Made by a program: the position numbers and the translations under genes. Source: an uncultured Clostridia bacterium (GTDB lineage Bacteria; Bacillota; Clostridia; TANB77; CAG-508). From it: a stretch of DNA of 60,661 bases. The notes beneath the pieces were generated by a model, which worked only from the letters and a program-made list of their open reading frames with translations, ran no database searches and had not been told where the DNA came from. Location: positions 1-60,661 of the forward strand of contig CAUWGC010000012.1 in the NCBI GenBank assembly GCA_963558405.1, given 5' to 3'. Of the stretch, positions 1 through 12,018 are shown piece by piece. Positions within the stretch are counted from its first letter, which is position 1. The number at the start of each line of letters is the position of its first letter.

Positions 1-78
1 TACCTTCATTATTGCATTTAACTTTTCATAATTGCACTTAATTTGTAAATTGACGTTTTTGAATCAAGTAAGAGAAAT

Positions 79-951
79 TTACTTGATATTATTTAATCTC
101 ATTTCCGGAATTCCTATAATAACATCTCTATTTCCATCTAATGAATGATATTTTATAATTGTATATTCATCATAATACCATTCTGTACTGCCACCATCTT
201 TATATGTTTCGCTTTTTATAATTCCATTACTAACATCTTTATTTGCTTTTTTCAAAATACCGTTAATTGTCATTTTCCCTGTTCTTAAAGCTTCTTCTAG
301 TGACATATTTTTATTATCTACAAAAATGTTTACTTCATCTAGTCCATAGTAATATAAATTAAAGTCCGAATTATTTTTGTATAATTCTTTATTATTTAAT
401 ATCTTTGTTTTAGCTATGTTATCTGATTTTTTTACTGATATTTCAAAATCTTCATATCCATCTATTAAAATTTCATCTGTATTTATTTGTGCTGGATATG
501 ATTCCATTATATAACCAGTATATTTAATTATAACCTTTCTTCCTATACCATATAAATAATCATAATGATCTGTTCCATAATTTATTTTTATTTTATCTGA
601 TGACTTTCTTTCTATTTCATCTTCGTTAGGCTCTACTATCATATAAGTAGTTGTTTCTTCTAATACTGTACCAACAAAACTACCATATTCATTATCTACT
701 ATTTCATGTGGTTTTTCTTGTTTAATATCTTGTTTTACATTATTAAATATTTCCATACCTAATATTTCAATTTTTATTCCCTCTATATATTTTATTTCTG
801 AGTCTATTGGTGCTAACTTATGATAATCAGTTATTTGATATAACAAAGCTTTATATTCTGTAGTCCCTCCATCTTTTAATTTCATTGGAATTGGAAATAA
901 TAGTATAAATGCTATAATTACTATTACAATTAAAATACTTTTCTTTTTCAT
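79..951 (-). CDS. membrane-anchored hypothetical protein (central YobA/DUF3221-like OB-fold region)
   Basis: 290-aa ORF with GGAGG RBS and N-terminal TM/signal helix; central 'ITYxGxIxESYPAQI'-like motif. Confidence 0.55.
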   Translation of the reverse strand: MKKKSILIVIVIIAFILLFPIPMKLKDGGTTEYKALLYQITDYHKLAPIDSEIKYIEGIKIEILGMEIFNNVKQDIKQEKPHEIVDNEYGSFVGTVLEETTTYMIVEPNEDEIERKSSDKIKINYGTDHYDYLYGIGRKVIIKYTGYIMESYPAQINTDEILIDGYEDFEISVKKSDNIAKTKILNNKELYKNNSDFNLYYYGLDEVNIFVDNKNMSLEEALRTGKMTINGILKKANKDVSNGIIKSETYKDGGSTEWYYDEYTIIKYHSLDGNRDVIIGIPEMRLNNIK

Positions 952-1034
952 ATATACCTCCTACTTATTTTATATTATTTAGACGTTTCTTTTTTGCATT
1001 TTAGTTGGTGTTTTTATATAAAATTTTTACTTAT

Positions 1035-1514
1035 TTATGGTACACATTGTATTAAAGTAGATTCAACTATACCACTTTCATTAAAATATACCCTAAGTAT
1101 ATAATCGTAATAGCAGTCAAAAAAGATTGCTTTTTTACCAAAGAATAACCCTTTACCTATATTTCCTGCACTGTAATTGTACGTAGTTTTATTTTCTTCG
1201 TTGTTTTCATATCTAGGTTCTCCTAACAACTCAACAACTTGTTTTTTTGATAAACCTATAAGACTTTGGTTACTGTGAATTTCATTCATTTTTATATATA
1301 AATCACTAGGTTTTTCATGTTTAAAGTTACTTAAGACAATAAATATGCAAAGTAAAATAGTTATAACTATTAAAATTTTAAGTACAATGCTTTTTATTGA
1401 TTTTGTAGTTATTATCCATATTATTACACAAGATAATGCTACTAACATTATATATGGCATAAATATTAATAAATATATTATTGAACACATTACTAAATAT
1501 AAAACAAATTCCAT
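1035..1514 (-). CDS. membrane protein with C-terminal SmpA/BamE-like domain
   Basis: two N-terminal TM helices, then 'LIGLSKKQVVELLGEP...LRVYFNESGIV' pattern. Confidence 0.5.
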   Translation of the reverse strand: MEFVLYLVMCSIIYLLIFMPYIMLVALSCVIIWIITTKSIKSIVLKILIVITILLCIFIVLSNFKHEKPSDLYIKMNEIHSNQSLIGLSKKQVVELLGEPRYENNEENKTTYNYSAGNIGKGLFFGKKAIFFDCYYDYILRVYFNESGIVESTLIQCVP

Positions 1515-1561
1515 TATTATCTCTCCTACAATTTACTAGTATAATAACATAAAAATAAACA

Positions 1562-3907
1562 TTATTCTATTTTAAATATCTTTTTAGCAATATAATTAAA
1601 TAATATAAAGCATGTTATTCCTGTTATTGCTAGAATTCCTATAAATATATAACTGTCCTTTGATAATATAATAGAAAACCAATCTTCTAATATTAATATT
1701 CCTCCTAGAAATAGTAATATCATAGAAAAAATCCAAGAACATCTAAGTATATTAAAAGGTAAGCATAATTTTAATAATAATGTTAGTCCTATTATTGCTG
1801 TAGAAATAACACATAATGTTGAATAAGTTTCTACTGAAAAATTATATTTTTGTTGTATTATTACTATTAGAATAATATTTAAAATTACTGTTAAAGCTGT
1901 AGGAATTGCTTTACTAATAATTGTTTGTAAAAAGTTTCCTTTTACTCTTTCTTTATTTGGCTCTAGTGCTAATATAAATGATGGAATCCCTATTGTTACA
2001 ATACTAATTAAACTTAGTTGTATTGGCATAAATGGATATGGCTCATTTATAAATACAAATAAAATTGCAAGTATTGTTGCATATATAGTTTTTGCTAAAA
2101 ATAACGTTGCTGAACGACTTATGTTATTTATTGTTCTTCTACCTTCTGCCACTACATCTGGCATAGATTTAAAATCCGAATCTAGTAATACTAATTGAGC
2201 TACATTTCGGCTTGCATCACTTCCGCTAGCAACTGCTATGCTACAATCTGCCTCTTTTAAAGCTAATACATCATTTACTCCATCTCCAGTCATTGCAACC
2301 GTATGTCCTTTTTCTTTTAGTGCCATAATAATTTTCTTTTTTTGTATTGGTGATACTCTACCAAAAACAGTATAGCAAGATACTGCTTCTAAAATTTGTG
2401 TATCGTTTATTAAAGTTGTAGCATCTATATATTTATCAGAATTTTCTACTCCTGCCTGCATTGCAATTTTAGAAACTGTAATTGGATTGTCTCCTGAAAT
2501 AATTTTTATTTCTACACCTTGTTCTTTAAAATATTCCAAAGTTTCCTTTGCATCTTTTCTAATTTTATCACTTATTAAAATAAATCCTATTATTTCTATT
2601 TTTTGTGGTAACACGTTACTTTCTATAAGTTCTTTTGTATGTCCTAAAACAATTACTCTGTATTTTTCTATATTATCTTTTAATATTTCTTTGTAATCTT
2701 CTAACTTTTCTTTTAATATAATCTCTGGTGCTCCTAAGATGTATGTCCCTTGATTTTTAAAAGTAATTCCAGACCACTTTTTATCAGAAGAAAATGGAAT
2801 TTTCTTTATTGCTTCCCAATTGTTAGATTTATTATATTTATCTTTAATTGCAGTCATGGTTTGATTAGTATCATCTGACGTATTAGAAATAGCTGTTAAA
2901 ATTTGTTCCATATCTTGCTTCTTTTTAAAAATAGGAATAATATCAATTACTTCCATGTTTCCTTCTGTAATTGTTCCTGTTTTATCTAGACATAGAACAT
3001 CTACTCTTGCTAAATTTTCTATACAAAATAATTCTTGTACTAAGACCTTTTTCTTTGAAAGCCTTATAACACTTACTGCTAGTACTGTGCTTGTTAGTAA
3101 TACTAATCCTTCTGGTATCATTCCAATAATAGCTGCAACTGTGTTTACAACTGCATGTTTATAATCATTACCGTCTAATCCAAGTTGATTAAAAAATAAC
3201 AATAAACCTACTGGTATAATTGCAGTTGTTACAATTTTAATAATTTTATTAAGCGATGACATTATCTCTGATTTGCATTTTTTTATGTATTTTGCCTCTT
3301 TTGATATTGTAGCCGTATAATTTTCCTCGCTAATATGTTCTACTTTACCAATAGCTTTTCCAGATACTATAAAACTTCCAGAAAGTAACATATCTCCTGC
3401 TTTTTTTAGTACATTATCTGATTCCCCTGTAATATATGATTCATTAACCTCTACTTCTCCAGAGCATATAACACAATCTGTAACAATTTGATTTCCTGCT
3501 TTAAATTCTAAAATATCATCTAATACTATCTCATTTATTGTAATTTCTTTTTTTATACCTGAACGTATAGCTGTTACTTTTGTACTAGAAATAACAGATA
3601 GTTTATCTACAATTTTTTTAGAATGTATTTCTTGTATTGTACTAATTAATGTATTACAAATTACTACTCCTAAAAAAAATAAATTTTTATATGATTTTAC
3701 GCTAAAAACAGCAATTGCTAAAAATAAATTTAAAAAATTGAATAATGTAAACACATTAGTTGCAATAATTGTTTTTATACTTTTAGTTGGTATAGAAATA
3801 TCTATGTTTATTAAATTATTTTCTATTCTTTCTTTTATTTGTTCATCTGATAGTCCAATTTTAAAATCTGGATTGTATCTTTCAATTTTATAATTTTCTT
3901 TTTTCAT
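1562..3907 (-). CDS. cation-transporting P-type ATPase (CtpE-like)
   Basis: TGES, IPEGL, DKTGT and GDGVND motifs. Confidence 0.92.
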   Translation of the reverse strand: MKKENYKIERYNPDFKIGLSDEQIKERIENNLINIDISIPTKSIKTIIATNVFTLFNFLNLFLAIAVFSVKSYKNLFFLGVVICNTLISTIQEIHSKKIVDKLSVISSTKVTAIRSGIKKEITINEIVLDDILEFKAGNQIVTDCVICSGEVEVNESYITGESDNVLKKAGDMLLSGSFIVSGKAIGKVEHISEENYTATISKEAKYIKKCKSEIMSSLNKIIKIVTTAIIPVGLLLFFNQLGLDGNDYKHAVVNTVAAIIGMIPEGLVLLTSTVLAVSVIRLSKKKVLVQELFCIENLARVDVLCLDKTGTITEGNMEVIDIIPIFKKKQDMEQILTAISNTSDDTNQTMTAIKDKYNKSNNWEAIKKIPFSSDKKWSGITFKNQGTYILGAPEIILKEKLEDYKEILKDNIEKYRVIVLGHTKELIESNVLPQKIEIIGFILISDKIRKDAKETLEYFKEQGVEIKIISGDNPITVSKIAMQAGVENSDKYIDATTLINDTQILEAVSCYTVFGRVSPIQKKKIIMALKEKGHTVAMTGDGVNDVLALKEADCSIAVASGSDASRNVAQLVLLDSDFKSMPDVVAEGRRTINNISRSATLFLAKTIYATILAILFVFINEPYPFMPIQLSLISIVTIGIPSFILALEPNKERVKGNFLQTIISKAIPTALTVILNIILIVIIQQKYNFSVETYSTLCVISTAIIGLTLLLKLCLPFNILRCSWIFSMILLFLGGILILEDWFSIILSKDSYIFIGILAITGITCFILFNYIAKKIFKIE

Positions 3908-3982
3908 TATCTTTCCCCTTTTAATATAGGTAAAATTATATCACTGTTTTGATTTTATAACAATTTAGAAATTATTAAGATT

Positions 3983-4018
3983 AAAAAAGAAAATGCTAAC
4001 AATAAGCATTTTCTTTTT
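3983..4018. terminator. intrinsic terminator hairpin downstream of the pilin-like gene
   Basis: aaaaaagaaaatgct-aacaata-agcattttcttttt inverted repeat. Confidence 0.7.
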
Positions 4019-4021
4019 ATT

Positions 4022-5621
4022 TTATTCATATATAGCTTCTTCTATTAGAATTCCTCCTGGAGATCCTGCTGAACCAGCACCTGGTAAAAAAATTGGTGAA
4101 TTTGAGTTAGAATATGATCCAGCGCTTCCTCCGCCTCCTCCATTTCCTCCACCATACCATATAGGTGTTTCTGCAGAAAATGTTGGATATGATGATGCAT
4201 TTCTATTATTAGAAGAACCGTTTCCTCCATCTCCTCCTCTATAATCATTTAATGTTAATTTAATATATGTTGTATAAAGAGGATCATCATATGCAATATT
4301 TGAAGGTAATGAATAAGTACCTCCTCCTCCTCCACTTCCGTCCTCCAACATTATTTAATTTTTGATCATTTTTTGTAATAATATTACCACCAAATGCACC
4401 ATTTCCCAAGCCTCTGCCTCCAGCTGTTGGTAATCTTAATTTATCTGCTACAGTATCTCCTGTTTGTCCACTATACCTTCCACCGTTTCCACCATTTCCA
4501 CCATTATTTCCTGTAGTATTAAAATCATTTCCTCCTGTTCCTGTTCCACCTGTTATTCCTATGCCTGCACCAGCTGAAAGATAATCGCCAAATGAAGATA
4601 TGGTTGTATCTATTGTACAGTGTACTTTTTCTGTTGTTTTGAGCGATAAAATTGAACGAGCTATCCCCCCTGCTCCTCCTCCATTTCCTCCAGCTCCTCC
4701 TTGTATCGTAGAATGAGTAACTGTTGGCCTTACTTCATATGAACTATACCATCCTTTTCCTCCTCCAGCTCCGTCAGCAGATTTTCCAATACATGTAATA
4801 CGATACGTTCCGTTTTTTGGTACTTTATATTCTGTATTTGTTGTTAAACATGTTACAAATTTCCAACCGGTTGGCTCTGGTTGCATGGTTGTGGCTGTTG
4901 CTTCTCCTTTTCCTTCATTTCCTGCTTTATCTGTTACTATTACTGTTAATTTATATTCTGTTTCCTCGCTTAATTTAGTATATTTATATATATTACTTGT
5001 TGTTCTTCCCATTATTGCTTCTCCAATATAGTATCTGTATGTTTCTATTTCAGCTAATCCACTTTCATTTTCTGTTGCTGTTACTTCTACTTCTATACTT
5101 GTTCCTGTTATTTCTCCTACTTTTACTTGTACTTTTGGTGCTATTTTATCTTCTATTCTTTTTATTATACTTCCTCCACTGCCACTTTCGTCATACAATC
5201 TTGCATATATTTTATCTCCATGTACTAATTCTCCTATTGTTCCTCCATTTTCTATATCTTTCCATTCTCCTCCTTCTCCATTTATTTGATATTGTATTTT
5301 CTTTCCTTCTTCACTACTTTGTATTGTTATTTTTGCTTTTCCATTTTCCCATATAATTTCTCCAAAACTTATTCCTACATCTGGTATTTCTGGCTCTCCT
5401 TCACTACCTTCTCCTACTTCTTTTATTTCATTTAATAAATTTTGGATTAATTCATCTTCCTCTGCTGTTGCATTTTCCATATTTTGCTTTGCTTCTTGTG
5501 CTTTGGTTATTATTCCATTATCTCCTACTAATGTACTTAGTGTTACTCCTGCTAATATTACCAACACTATTACTGTTATTACCAATGCTACTAGTGTTAT
5601 TCCTGCATTTGTATTTCTCAT
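4022..5621 (-). CDS. type IV pilin-like N-terminus surface protein with FN3-like and Gly-rich domains; +1 frameshift at CGG 4338-4340 (532 aa if joined)
   Basis: MRNTNAG|ITLVALVITVIV class III-like signal peptide. ORFs 4287..5621 and 4022..4351 join at GTT GGA GGA C GGA AGT GGA, giving continuous Gly-rich sequence NVGG-GSGGGGGTY. Confidence 0.75.
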
Positions 5622-5727
5622 TTTTTCCTCCTTTTTATTTTATATGTTATATTTTTTCCATATGATTTGTATTATATACTACTTTTTTTTATTTTTGAAT
5701 GAACTACTGTTCAAGTTTGACATTTTT

Positions 5728-5901
<174 letters not shown>

Positions 5902-5933
5902 CTTTATTTTCTCCCATCTCTTTTGTTTTTCAT

Positions 5934-5962
5934 ATTTTACATTACTTTTTTATCTGTGTCAA
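5934..5962 (-). promoter_or_regulatory. sigma-A-type promoter for the leader ORF/pilin-like gene
   Basis: TTGACA-17 nt-TAAAAT on the minus strand. Confidence 0.7.
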
Positions 5963-6063
5963 CTTTTATTGATATAAACTTTTAATTTTTAACAACTTAA
6001 ATTATTGTATTTTTTATTTTTTTGTTATAAAATGCATATAAATAAAATTAAAGGAGGATTTTT

Positions 6064-6861
6064 ATGATTTCTATTAAAAATTTATTTGAAAATGATGACG
6101 TTAAAGTAATTGAAAAACAAGGCAATATTTCTGTTATTGAATTTCAACGTGATGTAAGTGTTAGCAAAAGTAATGCAGTTACAGAATATTATGCCGGTAA
6201 AATGAATGTTAGAAGAAGACAGGTTCTAATAGAACTTAAAGGTGATGAATATATTACAAGTTCTGGTGCTATGCAATGGTCTGCTGGAAATGTTGAGGCT
6301 TCAACTAATATTAAAGGTGTTGGTGACTTTTTAGGTAAAGCTATTAAAGGAAGTGTTACTAAAGAGTCTACTGTAAAACCTAAATACCATGGAACAGGTT
6401 TACTTGCTTTAGAGCCTACATATCGTCACATTTTAATTGAAGATGTTTCATCTTGGAAAGGCGGAATGGTTTTAGAAGATGGTTTATTTTTAGCTTGTGA
6501 AGCAAGTCTTAATACTAATGTTGTAATGCGTTCAAATTTATCTTCTGCTGTTTTAGGTGGAGAAGGATTATTTAATTTAAAATTAGAAGGTTCTGGATAT
6601 GCTATATTAGAAAGTTATGTTCCTAGAGAAGAACTTATTGAAGTTACTTTAGAAAATGACCAAGTTAGAATTGATGGAAATTTAGCAATTGCATGGTCTA
6701 ATTCTTTAGATTTTAGAGTTGAAAAATCTACAAGAAGTTTGGTTGGCTCTGCTGTTGCAGGAGAGGGATTTGTAAATGTATATCGTGGAACTGGAAAAAT
6801 ATTAATGGCTCCAGTTGCTCCTGAGACATTGAATAACATTTTAACATATCATTCAAAATAG
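6064..6861 (+). CDS. AIM24/TRAP-like family protein
   Basis: GGAGG RBS; 'GEGLFNLKLEGSG' and 'GEGFVNVYRGTGKILMAP' motifs. Confidence 0.85.
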   Translation: MISIKNLFENDDVKVIEKQGNISVIEFQRDVSVSKSNAVTEYYAGKMNVRRRQVLIELKGDEYITSSGAMQWSAGNVEASTNIKGVGDFLGKAIKGSVTKESTVKPKYHGTGLLALEPTYRHILIEDVSSWKGGMVLEDGLFLACEASLNTNVVMRSNLSSAVLGGEGLFNLKLEGSGYAILESYVPREELIEVTLENDQVRIDGNLAIAWSNSLDFRVEKSTRSLVGSAVAGEGFVNVYRGTGKILMAPVAPETLNNILTYHSK

Positions 6862-6885
6862 AATCTATCATGAATTTCAAACTTA

Positions 6886-6919
6886 AAAAAAAGCATCTTT
6901 TAATATGAGATGCTTTTTT
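6886..6919. terminator. bidirectional terminator between convergent genes
   Basis: aaaaaaagcatctt-ttaatat-gagatgctttttt. Confidence 0.75.
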
Positions 6920-6924
6920 GTATA

Positions 6925-7617
6925 TTATTTTTGTGTTAAATATGCATAAAATGGCAATTTAAAATTATCTATTACCCATTTTCCATTTTCTTTTATAATG
7001 CTAAAATCATAAAATTGGTATATTGCGTAAGTATCATCTGCAAGTTTTGTTTTTTGAGTTTCTTTTAAACTTCTTTCTTCATCCACTAAGAATTCTACCT
7101 TTGCAATAGAATCAATTCTATCAGCTTTCTTATCCTTTATTTCAAAATCCACTACAATATATGGTGCTGAAATATTTTTATCTTGATAAGGTATATATGT
7201 TTTTCCATTTCTTTTTACAATTGTTCCTTCTTCTCCAATTGGTGTATTTCCTGTTGTTAATCGTTCTGGATTTTGTAATTCATTTTCTACTTTTTCTCTA
7301 AAATCTTTTGAAAATATTCTTTCCATATCCAATTCGTAATTTGGTACTTCTATATATTGATTTTCATTTATTGTTATCACTTCTGGATCTTGTGTTACAT
7401 CAGAGTGCCATGTATAAGAAAAATTGTTAACATACACTTGACAAGCAGCGTTATATAATCTTGCTAATTCATATTTTGCATCGCTTACATTTTTTGAATT
7501 TCCTTTTACTAAAACAACAATTAAAATAATAGTTAAAATAGCAACTAAAGCTATTAATGTTGTAATAATTGTTTTTATATTTCTTTTTTGATTTTCTTCC
7601 ATGTTTATTTCCTCCAT
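6925..7617 (-). CDS. membrane-anchored hypothetical protein (possibly IseA-like)
   Basis: single N-terminal TM helix; C-terminal 'IIKENGKWVIDNF' motif. Confidence 0.5.
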   Translation of the reverse strand: MEEINMEENQKRNIKTIITTLIALVAILTIILIVVLVKGNSKNVSDAKYELARLYNAACQVYVNNFSYTWHSDVTQDPEVITINENQYIEVPNYELDMERIFSKDFREKVENELQNPERLTTGNTPIGEEGTIVKRNGKTYIPYQDKNISAPYIVVDFEIKDKKADRIDSIAKVEFLVDEERSLKETQKTKLADDTYAIYQFYDFSIIKENGKWVIDNFKLPFYAYLTQK

Positions 7618-7627
7618 TTATTATTCT

Positions 7628-8338
7628 TTATTTTAGTTTTATTGCTTTAAAGTTTATATAATCACCACTTACCAATTTAAAGTCTATTCCAAAATGTTCT
7701 CCTTCTATTGCTTCTTTATGAGATTCCCCATGCAAATGACCATATATACATATAGATACATTATATTGTTGAAAAATTTTTATTATCCTCTTCATAATTT
7801 CTGTATCAGAAGCTACCGAATTGCTTATTGGTGGATAATGAGTACATAATATTATTTCTTTTTCTTTTCCATATTTTTTTATTCCATCTTCTAATGAAAG
7901 TTCTATACGTTTTGCTTCTCTTTCTAGCATTTTTTTATCGTCTTTTGTATCACTTAAAGACCACAATCTACTTCCACAAATAATAGTATTTTCAATCAAA
8001 TAACTGTTATTATATATAAAATCTATATTATTAAAGTTATTTTCCTTTAAAAAATTTCTCATCTTATTTAATGTAGTCCACCAATAGTCATGATTTCCTT
8101 TTAATAACAATTTTTTTCCTGGCAAAGAATCTAGAAACTTAAAATCCTGCAATGTATCTTCTAATTTCATTGCCCAAGAAAAATCTCCTGGTAATATGAC
8201 AGTATCTTCTTCTTTTATTTCTTTTAGCCAGTTTGTTTTTATTCTTTCTTCATGTTTCTTCCAATTTTCACCAAATATATCCATTGGTTTTGGTTCTTTG
8301 AAAGATAAATGTAAATCCGATATTGCATATATTGCCAT
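7628..8338 (-). CDS. calcineurin-like metallophosphoesterase
   Basis: DLH, GD, GNHD and GHLH motifs. Confidence 0.9.
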   Translation of the reverse strand: MAIYAISDLHLSFKEPKPMDIFGENWKKHEERIKTNWLKEIKEEDTVILPGDFSWAMKLEDTLQDFKFLDSLPGKKLLLKGNHDYWWTTLNKMRNFLKENNFNNIDFIYNNSYLIENTIICGSRLWSLSDTKDDKKMLEREAKRIELSLEDGIKKYGKEKEIILCTHYPPISNSVASDTEIMKRIIKIFQQYNVSICIYGHLHGESHKEAIEGEHFGIDFKLVSGDYINFKAIKLK

Positions 8339-8350
8339 ATCTTTTTCTCC

Positions 8351-9346
8351 TTATCCTATCTTTAAATTTGGTACAGCATTTAAATCTAAATTAGAAATAT
8401 TGCCTTCCAAATAATTATAATATCCTGCAGATGCAATCATTGCTGCGTTATCTGTACAAAGTTCTAATTTTGGATAATAAATATTAAAGTCTTTTAACTC
8501 TCCAAGTTTTTCAAATTCTTTTCTAATATAGCTATTGGCAGATACCCCTCCTGCTAATGCTATTTTTTTAATTCCTAGAATTTCACTTGCTTTTAAAGTG
8601 TTTTCTACTAAAACTTCTGCTGCCAATTTTTCAAAACTACTGCATAAATCTGCTTTATTAACTTCTGGATTTTTATGATGTAAATTTATAATAGCTGTTT
8701 TTATACCACTAAAACTAAAATCCAAATTTTCTATATGTGGTTTAGGAAGGTCAATTGTAGGATTTCCTTCTTTTGCTAAAGCATCAACCTTTGGTCCTCC
8801 TGGATATCCTAGTCCTATTACTCTTGCAATTTTATCAAAAGCTTCTCCAATTGCATCATCTCTTGTTTTTCCTAATATTTTAAATTTTGTATAATCTTTA
8901 ATATGTATAAGATGAGTATGTCCTCCTGATATTACCAAGCACAAAAATGGCGGTGTTAGTTCTGGAAATGTAATATAATTTGCTGCAATATGTCCTTGCA
9001 AATGATTTACTCCTACTAGTGGTTTTTGTAATGCAAAGCTTAACGCCTTTCCATAAGAAAGACCAACTAATAAAGCACCTACCAAACCTGGCCCATATGT
9101 ACATGCAACCACATCAATATCTTTAAAATCTATATTGGCTTTTTCTAAAGCTTCTTTAGTAACTATAGAAATTGCCTCTACATGATTTCTAGATGCTATT
9201 TCTGGTACAACTCCACCAAATCTTTTGTGTATATCTATTTGTGAATTGATAACATTTGAAAGTACTTCTCTTCCATTTTTTACTACTGCTACCGAGGTCT
9301 CATCACAACTTGATTCTATTCCTAATACTATAATATCTTTTTTCAT
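8351..9346 (-). CDS. tsaD: tRNA N6-adenosine threonylcarbamoyltransferase TsaD
   Basis: [26 protein letters not shown] and CTDNAAMIA motifs. Confidence 0.97.
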   Translation of the reverse strand: MKKDIIVLGIESSCDETSVAVVKNGREVLSNVINSQIDIHKRFGGVVPEIASRNHVEAISIVTKEALEKANIDFKDIDVVACTYGPGLVGALLVGLSYGKALSFALQKPLVGVNHLQGHIAANYITFPELTPPFLCLVISGGHTHLIHIKDYTKFKILGKTRDDAIGEAFDKIARVIGLGYPGGPKVDALAKEGNPTIDLPKPHIENLDFSFSGIKTAIINLHHKNPEVNKADLCSSFEKLAAEVLVENTLKASEILGIKKIALAGGVSANSYIRKEFEKLGELKDFNIYYPKLELCTDNAAMIASAGYYNYLEGNISNLDLNAVPNLKIG

Positions 9347-9361
9347 TTTATTCCTTCTTTT

Positions 9362-10099
9362 CTATATAAATCCAAACAATTTAGAAACAACCCAGAATAT
9401 TCCATCTGAAATTACTTCTATAACAGGTGAAATAATAACACTTGCTAAGCCTGTTATCCATAATACAAAAAACACAAAGTAAAATACTTGTTGATGTTCC
9501 AAAATCCAGTTTCTTGCGTTATATGGCATAAAATGCATAAATATTTTAGAACCATCTAATGGAGGAAGTGGTATTAAATTAAATACTCCTAATCCTATGT
9601 TTACAAATATTGTGTTTATTAGTAAAAGATACACAATATTTCCCATTGTACTTGTAAAAAAGAACATTGGATTATATTTTCCTATAAAAAAATATATAAT
9701 TGTAAAAACAATTGCAAGTAAGAAATTCATTACTGGACCAGCAACAGATACAATTGCTTCTCCTGCACTCATTGATACTTTTCTATCAAAATTTCTAGGA
9801 TTTATTTGTACTGGCTTTCCCCAACCAATATGTACAAATAACAACATAAAAAATCCTATTGGATCTAAATGGCTAAGAGGATTTAAATTTAATCTTCCTT
9901 GCATTCTTGGTGTATCATCCCCCAATTTATCAGCAGCATATGCATGTGCAAACTCATGAAATGTTATAGCTATTATAACTCCAGGAAGTGTTAATAACAA
10001 ACTAAGTATTCCAGAAGTTCCTAAACTTACAATAGAAACTAATGCTAAAACTGCTAAAATAATATATAATATTCTATTATCAAAATTAAAGCTAAACAA
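9362..10099 (-). CDS. site-2 protease (M50 family)
   Basis: HEFAH, AGPVMN and NLIPLPPLDG motifs; TTG start. Confidence 0.92.
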   Translation of the reverse strand: MFSFNFDNRILYIILAVLALVSIVSLGTSGILSLLLTLPGVIIAITFHEFAHAYAADKLGDDTPRMQGRLNLNPLSHLDPIGFFMLLFVHIGWGKPVQINPRNFDRKVSMSAGEAIVSVAGPVMNFLLAIVFTIIYFFIGKYNPMFFFTSTMGNIVYLLLINTIFVNIGLGVFNLIPLPPLDGSKIFMHFMPYNARNWILEHQQVFYFVFFVLWITGLASVIISPVIEVISDGIFWVVSKLFGFI

Positions 10100-10242
10100 T
10101 ATGTTTCCACCTTTCTTGTTTACTAATTTAAAGTATTTTTTAATTAGTTCTTATAATTAATTATGCATTACAAATATATCATATTTTATAAAACAATTCA
10201 ATTATTTTTGTATACAAAGTTTTTATTTATTAACAGAAAAAT

Positions 10243-10278
10243 AAAAGATAACCTTAGCAAAATGTAAGGTTATCTTTT
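10243..10278. terminator. intrinsic terminator
   Basis: aaaagataacctta-gcaaaatg-taaggttatctttt. Confidence 0.7.
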
Positions 10279-10281
10279 AAG

Positions 10282-10497
10282 TTATTTTGTTAGCATTTTA
10301 TTTACCCAGTCTTTTACATTATCTATATCTTTTTCGTCTGGATGTAATATTGCTTTGTCAAAGTTTTCTATACTTACTTCTAGGTTTTATAGCTCTCCAA
10401 AATATACTATATCATTTAATTTTATCTCATTTTTTATTACTTCTGCTATTTTTTGAGTATTACCGGTTACACTTTTATATACTATTGCAATTTTCAT
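10282..10497 (-). pseudogene. flavodoxin-family remnant with internal deletion
   Basis: N-terminus MKIAIVYKSVTGNTQKIAE joined out of frame to C-terminus FDKAILHPDEKDIDNVKDWV*; middle of the protein missing. Confidence 0.7.
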
Positions 10498-10518
10498 AAA
10501 TGTTTGTTCACCTCTAAT

Positions 10519-12018
10519 TTAATTCAAAGGTTTCATTGTTGGGAATAATAATACATCTCTTATTGATGTTGCATCTGTAAGTAGCATTATTAATCTATCA
10601 ATTCCTATTCCTAGTCCTCCTGTTGGTGGTAGACCAATTTCTAGAGCATTAATATAGTCTTCGTCCATCATTCCTGCTTCGTCGTCTCCGTTTTCTCTGG
10701 CTTCTACTTGTTTTTTAAATCTTTCGTATTGGTCAATTGGGTCATTTAATTCTGAGAATGCGTTTCCATATTCTCTTCCACCAATAAATACTTCAAAACG
10801 TTCTGTTAAGCGATTGTCTTCTTTTTTCCTTTTAGCTAGTGGTGATATTTCCACTGGATAATCATATATAAATGTTGGTTGTATTAATGTTTTTTCAACA
10901 TATTCATCAAAGAATAAACTTATAACGTCTCCTCTTGTTTGTTTTGTTTCTGGAACTTCTATATGTTTGCTTTTTGCTAATTCTACTGCTTCTTCATCTG
11001 AAGAAATTTGATTAAAGTCAATTCCTGTTACTTCTTTAATAGAATCTATCATTGTTATTCTTTTCCATGATGGTGTTAAGTCAATTTCTTGTCCTTGGTA
11101 TTGAATCTTTGTAGTACCTAGCACTTTTAATGCTGCTCTTGAGAATATTTCTTCTGTAATATCCATCATGTCATGATAATCTTGATATGCCGCATAAAGT
11201 TCTAGCATTGTAAACTCTGGGTTGTGTCTAATATCCATTCCTTCATTTCTAAATACTCTTCCTAATTCATATACTTTATCAAATCCACCTACTATTAATC
11301 TTTTTAAGTTTAATTCTAGTGCTATTCTTAAGTACATATCAATATCTAATGTATTATGATGTGTTATAAATGGTCTTGCTGTTGCTCCTCCTGATATGGT
11401 ATTTAAAATTGGAGTTTCTACTTCAAGATATCCTTTTTCTTCTAAGATGTTTCTAACTTCGCTAATTATTTTGCTTCTTAGTACAAATGTTTCTTTTACT
11501 TCTGGATTCATAATTAAATCTACATATCTTTGACGATAGCGTAAGTCAGTATCTTTTAATCCGTGGAATTTTTCTGGAAGTGGTCTTAAAGATTTTGATA
11601 ATAATGTAACTTCTTTAGCATGAATAGAAATTTCTCCTGTTCTTGTTTTAAATACAAATCCTGTAATTCCTATAATATCACCAATGTCATCTTCTTTAAA
11701 TGCTTTATATGACTCTTCTCCTAAGTCATTAATACTAACATAACTTTGGATTTTTCCTTCTCCATCTTGTATATGGCAAAAAGATGCTTTACCCATTATT
11801 CTTTTTGCTATCATTCTACCTGCTATTGTTACATCTTTTCCTTCTAATTCATCATAATTATCAGCTATTTGCTTGCTAGAATGTGTTTTATTAAATTTTG
11901 TAATTTCAAATGGATTTTTTCCTTCTTGTTGTAAGTTGCTTAATTTTTCTCTTCTAACTTTCATTAATTGATTTAAGTCTAATTCTATATCTTGATTATT
12001 TTCTTTATTTTCGCTCAT
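10519..12018 (-). CDS. lysS: lysyl-tRNA synthetase (class II)
   Basis: [14 protein letters not shown]...HNPEF and GLGIGIDRL motifs. Confidence 0.98.
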   Translation of the reverse strand: MSENKENNQDIELDLNQLMKVRREKLSNLQQEGKNPFEITKFNKTHSSKQIADNYDELEGKDVTIAGRMIAKRIMGKASFCHIQDGEGKIQSYVSINDLGEESYKAFKEDDIGDIIGITGFVFKTRTGEISIHAKEVTLLSKSLRPLPEKFHGLKDTDLRYRQRYVDLIMNPEVKETFVLRSKIISEVRNILEEKGYLEVETPILNTISGGATARPFITHHNTLDIDMYLRIALELNLKRLIVGGFDKVYELGRVFRNEGMDIRHNPEFTMLELYAAYQDYHDMMDITEEIFSRAALKVLGTTKIQYQGQEIDLTPSWKRITMIDSIKEVTGIDFNQISSDEEAVELAKSKHIEVPETKQTRGDVISLFFDEYVEKTLIQPTFIYDYPVEISPLAKRKKEDNRLTERFEVFIGGREYGNAFSELNDPIDQYERFKKQVEARENGDDEAGMMDEDYINALEIGLPPTGGLGIGIDRLIMLLTDATSIRDVLLFPTMKPLN

